Source: an uncultured virus (IMG/VR IMGVR_UViG_3300011339_000610) (lineage: Duplodnaviria; Heunggongvirae; Uroviricota; Caudoviricetes). Taken from it: DNA of 64,000 bases. The translations under genes and the position numbers were made by a program. The notes beneath the pieces are model-generated. The model had not been told where the DNA came from. It made no database searches and saw only the letters and a list, made by a program, of their open reading frames with translations. Position 1 is the stretch's first letter, and each line of letters starts with the position of its first letter. The DNA lies in the IMG/VR virus record IMGVR_UViG_3300011339_000610. One strand, 5' to 3'. Positions 58,079-64,000 of this stretch are shown here, piece after piece.

Positions 58079-58300
58079 ATGCAGGAAAAAGTAAAGAGAA
58101 AGGCAGAGATTAGGGTATACACTATACCCACTTTTAAACAGACAATGAAAACATACGCAGCAGAAATGGGAATGTCAGATTCTGACTTCTTAATCTATTG
58201 CTATAACTTTTGGCTTGAGATAACTACAAACCCAAATAAGCTCCGTGGAGATGTCACCAAAGAAATTTATAAACTACAAAACAAAAAAGCCAACGATTAA
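58079..58300 (+). CDS. ribbon-helix-helix-like protein
   Basis: EIRVY...K..M...A...GMS.SDFL; own TATATTTG at 58025. Confidence 0.6.
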   Translation: MQEKVKRKAEIRVYTIPTFKQTMKTYAAEMGMSDSDFLIYCYNFWLEITTNPNKLRGDVTKEIYKLQNKKAND

Positions 58301-58317
58301 GTTGGCTTTTCTTTTTA
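58284..58317. terminator. bidirectional terminator
   Basis: AAAAAGCCAAC-loop-GTTGGCTTTTCTTTT. Confidence 0.8.
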
Positions 58318-60447
58318 TTGCATTTCTTGTTCTAATTGCTTTTGGAGTATCATCTTATCTACATCGCCTTCTTGCTTCATTGCCTGCCCCTCTAATGCTG
58401 TCTGTTGTCCAATTTCTGCGCTGGCTACTTGTGCATCAGCTGCTTGTGCTGCCATGGCTTGCTGTTGCTGTTGGGCTTGCATCATCTCTTGTTGCTTGCG
58501 GTCTATCTTCTTCGATACTACACTTTCTATATAGTTGTACATCTCTGTTTTTGTTTTGATACGGGCAATATTTGCAAATACCAATTCATCTTCAGGGTCA
58601 TTCGTAGCATTTGCACGTTGCATGTAGTACTGTACGAACATTGCACGTTCTTGGTCACTCAAGAAGTCTTGTAATCCTAACGACATTGCAAAGTCTTTCA
58701 TCTGCATATCTTTGATGTCTTTTGTCTCTACAAATTCCACCATTGCATCACCTACTAGAAGAGACATTGTATCTTCATCAGATTCGGCCATGATTGTTTT
58801 TGCAAGGTCTGCACTATACTCAAGAAGTCTTAGTGTCCATGTATAGAATGTAGAATAGTAACTTGACATTCCTTTACTAGCACTTTCTAAGTTCATCCTT
58901 AGCGTATCCTTACTTTGGTAGTTTGTTACCATACCACGTGAGTTTGCAGGCATAGAAATGATATCATCCATGTAAGCTCTTAGCCTATCTATTAATTGGG
59001 ATAAACCAAGTATAGACGGGTCTAACGTCATATCTATTGTTTCTATTAACTTGCTATTACCTTGTGGGTCATCTATATCACGGCTTGGTAGAATCACCAT
59101 ACCCGCTTGGGTTAATTGTGCAAGGATATCAGGACTTCTCATCCCCTCTGGCATAGCATCAGCATACATTACATAACGCTTACCTTTTGAGTTGTATACT
59201 AATTGGTTTAACTTAGTTTGGAAGTAATCCTTTAGCTTTTGGTATTCTTTTAACCTACCTGCTATACCCATGCTTACCCCCATTACGGTGTCAGCACTTG
59301 CTACAATATAGCATGAGCGTTGGCTTGAAGAGTCTGTCTTATCAAACATTTGGTTTGGACTTTCTCCATAATCCTTTACGTACTTGTTGCCTATAAGCCA
59401 AACTTGACGTAAGCAAGGAGACCAAATCTCATCACCATTTTCATCTATTCCTTCGTACTTTAAACTTCTCCATTCTGCATGAACAATAGCTACCATAGGA
59501 ATACCGACAGCTGTACTTCTCCACCAAATAAGGTTGTTACCCATTGGTACGTTGTACGTTGCCCAAATCGTATTTCCTGCATCGGCCATTGCTTCTATAT
59601 CTTTACGTTCTTCGGGAGTCCATTTAAACATTGTCAATAACTCAGGCACAGTTCTTTCAAAGTACTCACCCGAAAATCTATCGTTTCTATGCTGGTCTTG
59701 TGATTGATAGTTGTCCCATATTAGGTTCTGTGGCTCGATTAATCTCCACTTAGGTTTACCATTCTGTGCATACACACGGCAACCTATAACACCACCTATA
59801 CCATAATATGCAGCTTGCTTTTCAAAGAACTCATTACCATAGTTAAATTGGAATGAATATCTTGCAAGGATTATGTATAGATTCTCTAACGCATCTTTGT
59901 AGTCTGCGAAATAAGCTTCTACTTCATCAACATTGTTAAAGTCCATATCCTTAATTGGCTGAACCTCTAACCCTGTTAATTCCTTTACGTAGTCTGCAAA
60001 TGTTTTGTTCCTTATATTGAATAAAGCTAAATCACGCAATAATTTCTTTTTGCTGATTAAGTCAGTACTCATTGATTGCACATTAATGATTTCAGGTACT
60101 TGCGCCACTAGTGCAGAAATAACGCCTATGGTATGCTTTATTAGTGCCTGTATATCCTGACCTCTAAACATAGGAACAGGTATGGCGTTGTTTAGTTCAT
60201 CCTTTGTGGCAAACGCATAATCTGTATCTACATTCTTACCAAACCAATAACTTGCATTTTGTAAGTAGTCTATTACCCAAAACTTTGGAGTAGCCGTAGC
60301 ACCTCTACCTTCAGGTGTAAAATTGTAAACTACTTTATTCCAATTACTTGCAACAAATCGGGCATTGTTCATATAATCTTCCTCGGTAAACTCTTTCTGA
60401 GTTTGTGAGGGTTGCCTTATTATTGAACCTGGAGGTACTTGATACAT
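58315..60447 (-). CDS. portal protein
   Basis: 710 aa after the terminase; LK.YQ, Gln-rich C-terminal barrel. Confidence 0.8.
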   Translation of the reverse strand: MYQVPPGSIIRQPSQTQKEFTEEDYMNNARFVASNWNKVVYNFTPEGRGATATPKFWVIDYLQNASYWFGKNVDTDYAFATKDELNNAIPVPMFRGQDIQALIKHTIGVISALVAQVPEIINVQSMSTDLISKKKLLRDLALFNIRNKTFADYVKELTGLEVQPIKDMDFNNVDEVEAYFADYKDALENLYIILARYSFQFNYGNEFFEKQAAYYGIGGVIGCRVYAQNGKPKWRLIEPQNLIWDNYQSQDQHRNDRFSGEYFERTVPELLTMFKWTPEERKDIEAMADAGNTIWATYNVPMGNNLIWWRSTAVGIPMVAIVHAEWRSLKYEGIDENGDEIWSPCLRQVWLIGNKYVKDYGESPNQMFDKTDSSSQRSCYIVASADTVMGVSMGIAGRLKEYQKLKDYFQTKLNQLVYNSKGKRYVMYADAMPEGMRSPDILAQLTQAGMVILPSRDIDDPQGNSKLIETIDMTLDPSILGLSQLIDRLRAYMDDIISMPANSRGMVTNYQSKDTLRMNLESASKGMSSYYSTFYTWTLRLLEYSADLAKTIMAESDEDTMSLLVGDAMVEFVETKDIKDMQMKDFAMSLGLQDFLSDQERAMFVQYYMQRANATNDPEDELVFANIARIKTKTEMYNYIESVVSKKIDRKQQEMMQAQQQQQAMAAQAADAQVASAEIGQQTALEGQAMKQEGDVDKMILQKQLEQEMQ

Positions 60448-60504
60448 ATTAATATTATTTTATTACAAATATAGTCTATTTATATAAAACAAAAAAGTAA
60501 CACC

Positions 60505-62361
60505 TTATACAGCCTTACCTGTATTGATGTCGTAACTCTCCCATCCCATCAATCCATCTCTTAATTGTACGTACCTTACGCCTATTACTTCTTGTCTTTT
60601 CTTTGTATTAGTCGTACCCTCTAATATGTCTCCTGAACCAAAGCCCCATATTGCAGCGGCAAAGGCATCTAAGATATCCGTATTGGCATCGTTACCCTTT
60701 TGGGCATCTTGTATCAGCTCTATAAACTTAACACGCTCTGCATACTTTTTAAAGTACCTGTTCATTTGCGTGTACTGCCAATCAATAATTGAATCTACAC
60801 GATAGAACCATGGCTTCTTTGTATTTACCCATCCGCTTTTGTTTAAGTCCTTACGGGCAATAATAGTGTTTGCCATACCTAGTCGCTGTATCTTTTCTAC
60901 TAATACACCTCCCGTGGCATTTAACTCACCTGCTATCTTTGCATTACCGTACTTGTTGTAGTACTTCAGAATACGTATTACAGTATCAAACGTAACCTCA
61001 AAATCCTTGGGCCGTTCAAGGTATGTACACACAGGACTGAACTCTGAATCAGATTGTGGATGTATACCCTTCATTACTATAAGTGCAAACTTAGAGTTAC
61101 CACTTGCACCACTCGTATTGTCGGTACTCATTGTGGCATCTATCCCTAGCACGTAGTTTGTATTTTGCTCAGGATGCTGATATATTTTAATATTGCTCTT
61201 AGCGTTAGGCACTGCTAGCATATCATCTTCACGCTCAACTACAGAATAGTTACCTATGCTTGGTTGGTTACTTGGGATGTTCAGATGTTTTGCTTGTAGA
61301 TTAATTCTTTCTATTGCGTAATCATCCCATCTACTGCTACCACCAAAATCAAAGATGTCTTCTATTGTTAGTGGATGATTCTTGGTATAAGCCTTTAAAG
61401 CTTCACCGCCATCATTTAGTTTTGCCTTCTTTTCTCTTTCTTTTAATATTTCTTCTTCTGCTTTCTTGTGGTCGCTCCATCCATTAGTCATATACTTGCC
61501 ATAAGTTGCAGGCAAGAACAATGGCTTGATATTCATAGCATCCGCATTTTGCCAAATGTTCTGTATCTTATGGATGTGTTCTGCACCCATGTTTGCTTCG
61601 GCTGTTCCTCCTAGTACTAATGTACCTGCAATCTTGCCATCGGTATCCTTAAAAATCTCAATAGCCGAGTTAAAGAAAGTCATCAGTCTTGGCATTAGAC
61701 TTGCCTCATCTGCGAATCCGTATATCGCTCCACCCCCTGAGAAGTTTGTAGCGGCCTTCTCGCTTTCTTGCGTATCTCTGCAATAAAGATTACTTGTGGC
61801 ATACTTCTCTTTCCCGTCATCATTGATGTACTTCATGCCTATTGATAAGAACGATTCATTCGCAGTCTCATTCTTTGCAAGCACATCGGGCCGTACATAT
61901 GGGCTGTCTAGATTATCATACGCTACCATTGTCTTTTCTTTAAACAATGTTGCTAATGTTTTCTTATCCTTGCTTGTGGCTACGCAATTACTATTTGGAT
62001 ATACCCTTGAGAAATAGAATGGTAATGCCATGCCTATACTTGAGAAACCAACACCACGGGCTTTTAGAAAGTAAAGAGCTGAACCTTCTGCTTTAGCGTC
62101 TTGTATAGCCCTGAATATTTCCAAGTCAGCATCTCGTACAGTTGGCCTGAATATCCTACCTGTAACCCTATCCTTTAGCTTTATTTGGGTAGCATAGTAA
62201 TATAGAGCACCTGTCATGTCCTCATACCCTTCTATCCATCTGCGCTTTTCTTCTACCCAATACTTTTGCTCATCTAGTTCTGTTCTGAATATAGTGGGTA
62301 TTGGTTGGTATGTGAAGATAGGAGACTTGGGTTTTGTATTATCAATAATACTTAAACTCAT
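60505..62361 (-). CDS. terL: terminase large subunit
   Basis: LKARGVGFS Walker A, DEA Walker B, GGTA, LGID nuclease, D.LDA. Confidence 0.9.
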   Translation of the reverse strand: MSLSIIDNTKPKSPIFTYQPIPTIFRTELDEQKYWVEEKRRWIEGYEDMTGALYYYATQIKLKDRVTGRIFRPTVRDADLEIFRAIQDAKAEGSALYFLKARGVGFSSIGMALPFYFSRVYPNSNCVATSKDKKTLATLFKEKTMVAYDNLDSPYVRPDVLAKNETANESFLSIGMKYINDDGKEKYATSNLYCRDTQESEKAATNFSGGGAIYGFADEASLMPRLMTFFNSAIEIFKDTDGKIAGTLVLGGTAEANMGAEHIHKIQNIWQNADAMNIKPLFLPATYGKYMTNGWSDHKKAEEEILKEREKKAKLNDGGEALKAYTKNHPLTIEDIFDFGGSSRWDDYAIERINLQAKHLNIPSNQPSIGNYSVVEREDDMLAVPNAKSNIKIYQHPEQNTNYVLGIDATMSTDNTSGASGNSKFALIVMKGIHPQSDSEFSPVCTYLERPKDFEVTFDTVIRILKYYNKYGNAKIAGELNATGGVLVEKIQRLGMANTIIARKDLNKSGWVNTKKPWFYRVDSIIDWQYTQMNRYFKKYAERVKFIELIQDAQKGNDANTDILDAFAAAIWGFGSGDILEGTTNTKKRQEVIGVRYVQLRDGLMGWESYDINTGKAV

Positions 62362-62678
62362 ATTGCTTTCGTGCCGCTTTTATCGCTACGTTTGGATGCT
62401 GTATCTACTTGCTTCTGTTCCTCAGGATTCATCTTGCCCCTTAGATATTCTAGCTTATCGTACAAGGTGTCTATGCTTGTGATGAATTTATGTGCCTTAT
62501 CAAATGCCTTCATGTCTGCATCACCGCTATCTGGGTCATACTTCAGGCTCGTAGGCTCGTTAGTTAAATCTTGATTCCAAGTATTAATCTGTTTTAGTAT
62601 TGCAAGATACCCGTCTTTCAAAGGGCTGTCTTGGTATACGCTTAACTTCTTTTTTAACTCTTCTATATCTTCTTTCAT
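62358..62678 (-). CDS. putative terminase small subunit
   Basis: Small helical ORF overlapping the terL start; position only. Confidence 0.45.
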   Translation of the reverse strand: MKEDIEELKKKLSVYQDSPLKDGYLAILKQINTWNQDLTNEPTSLKYDPDSGDADMKAFDKAHKFITSIDTLYDKLEYLRGKMNPEEQKQVDTASKRSDKSGTKAI

Positions 62679-62683
62679 ATTAC

Positions 62684-62974
62684 CTATTTCTTTGTTGACT
62701 TCCCGTTTGCCCCTTGCCGTGCCCTGTTTGCTGACTGAGACTCTTTGGTTAGCTTGCCACTTTTTAAATGGCTTGCATCTTTACCGTCTTTATTCCCGTA
62801 TGTTCCTGCATCTCGGTTTGCTTTGTTTAGCTCAGTACGATATTGCTTACGTTCATCTGTAGCATGGTACTTCTTATCGTAGTCTGCCTTCTTCTTGGCA
62901 GCGTCTCTGTTTTCGTGATAGAACTTAGCACTTCGTGAAGTACCTTTCTTTGTACCCGCTAATGTGTTTTTCAT
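62684..62974 (-). CDS. basic HNH-like protein
   Basis: DGKDASH...S.NRAR motif near the terminase. Confidence 0.55.
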   Translation of the reverse strand: MKNTLAGTKKGTSRSAKFYHENRDAAKKKADYDKKYHATDERKQYRTELNKANRDAGTYGNKDGKDASHLKSGKLTKESQSANRARQGANGKSTKK

Positions 62975-63687
62975 TACCCTACTATTTGGTATTGTATTGA
63001 AATAGATGCATCTGTATTAGTTCCTCCTGTTGTAAGTATATCAGGATTAACTACTAATATATCTACTCTTCCTAAAGCAAGTTTTTGACTTGCAATAATT
63101 GGATAACCATTACCATCATAGACTAAAGTAACAATAATTTTAGATGTAGCTGTTATTTGGTCAGAATTTATTCTAAAATATTGACTTGATTTTTTATTAA
63201 CTACTTGTGTAAAAATGGCTGTTCCACCTTGAACCCCATTCATGGTTACAGCAGTAACACCTGATACAGAGAGGGTATAAACAAATAAGTTTTGTTTAGT
63301 AGATAAAGCATTTAGTGTATATTCATTTGCATTAGTTTCAGCTGTGGCTGCGGCTGTTGCGGCTGCTGACGCTGATGTTGTATCTACATAAAGCTTTGTA
63401 GCTGCATCTTGATTAGCAGTTGGTGTGCCAAGTCCTGTTATCTTGTTTGTGGCCATTGCGATAGGGCCAGACATAGTTCCACCAGTTGTAGATAGCTTTG
63501 TAGCCAATCCCGTATTCACAGCTGTTACAGTTGGATACTTTGTGTTCGTTCCGTCTGTAGCTAAACTGTTTTGCTTGTTAGATACGTTTTCTTTACCGCC
63601 AATTAATAAGTTAACCTTTTGTGTTAATAGGTTAACTAACTGTGTTAATTGATTTTCGTTGAATATACTTTTTAATTGTGGTATCAT
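62974..63687 (-). CDS. fibre-like structural protein
   Basis: GGTMSG.I.M..NKITGLGTPT..QDAATK.YVD motif. Confidence 0.7.
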   Translation of the reverse strand: MIPQLKSIFNENQLTQLVNLLTQKVNLLIGGKENVSNKQNSLATDGTNTKYPTVTAVNTGLATKLSTTGGTMSGPIAMATNKITGLGTPTANQDAATKLYVDTTSASAAATAAATAETNANEYTLNALSTKQNLFVYTLSVSGVTAVTMNGVQGGTAIFTQVVNKKSSQYFRINSDQITATSKIIVTLVYDGNGYPIIASQKLALGRVDILVVNPDILTTGGTNTDASISIQYQIVG

Positions 63688-63929
63688 TATTTTACGCTAA
63701 TTATTGTGGTGTCTAATACTTGGTCTTGCAATGCGGTGTTACTATCTTGGGTCTGTATCGCAAAATCCAAGTAGTCTATCAGCAAGGTGGTTAGATTTAC
63801 ATCTAGTGGCTTAATGGTAGTATAGCTTGCGTTGGATGCATAGTTAAACATTCCCTTGACAAATGTCGTACATACCTTGTCAAATGTCGCTCTTCTATAT
63901 GGCTCTGTTCTTAATGAATACATTAGCAA
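63687..63929 (-). CDS. hypothetical protein
   Basis: Coupled to the downstream gene. Confidence 0.6.
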   Translation of the reverse strand: MLMYSLRTEPYRRATFDKVCTTFVKGMFNYASNASYTTIKPLDVNLTTLLIDYLDFAIQTQDSNTALQDQVLDTTIISVK

Positions 63930-64000
63930 GGAAGGTTTTTAATTTGTGAAACTTGTACCATACCAAACTCTAGCAATGCTGTAGCCTGCTCGAAACTTAC

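Noticed and set aside
1..64000. Stop-codon reassignment as in some crAss-like phages
   Set aside because: Structural genes are full length in the standard code; TAG and TGA end genes normally; the tRNA-Gln has an ordinary UUG anticodon.
1..64000. CRISPR array, reverse transcriptase/DGR, integrase
   Set aside because: No regularly spaced repeat-spacer array, no RT motifs and no recombinase motif seen.

Overview
The window is a 64-kb piece of a lytic tailed dsDNA phage genome with crAss-like (Crassvirales/Pachyviridae-like) virion genes. The host is almost certainly a Bacteroidetes, since nearly every operon has a TAnnTTTG -7 promoter element. Left to right: (i) a minus-strand virion cargo/ejection operon (284, 543 and 3136 aa; the last has GNAT-like and ART-like inserts), followed by a ferritin; (ii) a 13-30 kb middle region with recombination/replication genes (NinB-like, SSB-like, NinG/HNH, DUF1064 nuclease, metallophosphoesterase, primase-helicase, stand-alone DnaA C-terminal domain), a GIY-YIG homing endonuclease, tRNA-Gln, a tRNA-like RNA and several small structured RNA candidates; (iii) a 30.2-32.1 kb control region with a parS-like palindrome, a duplicated promoter carrying paired TGAT-N4-ATCA boxes and a ~600-nt structured non-coding tract; (iv) a plus-strand early module of small genes (gp88-like, DUF932, SH3-like); (v) a minus-strand late module from terminase through portal, capsid, ring proteins, muzzle and two paralogous receptor-binding cassettes to holin, endolysin and spanin. 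I saw no DNA polymerase, integrase or recognisable virion RNA polymerase, and the standard genetic code fits. All protein family calls come from motif recognition and synteny by eye, not from database searches.
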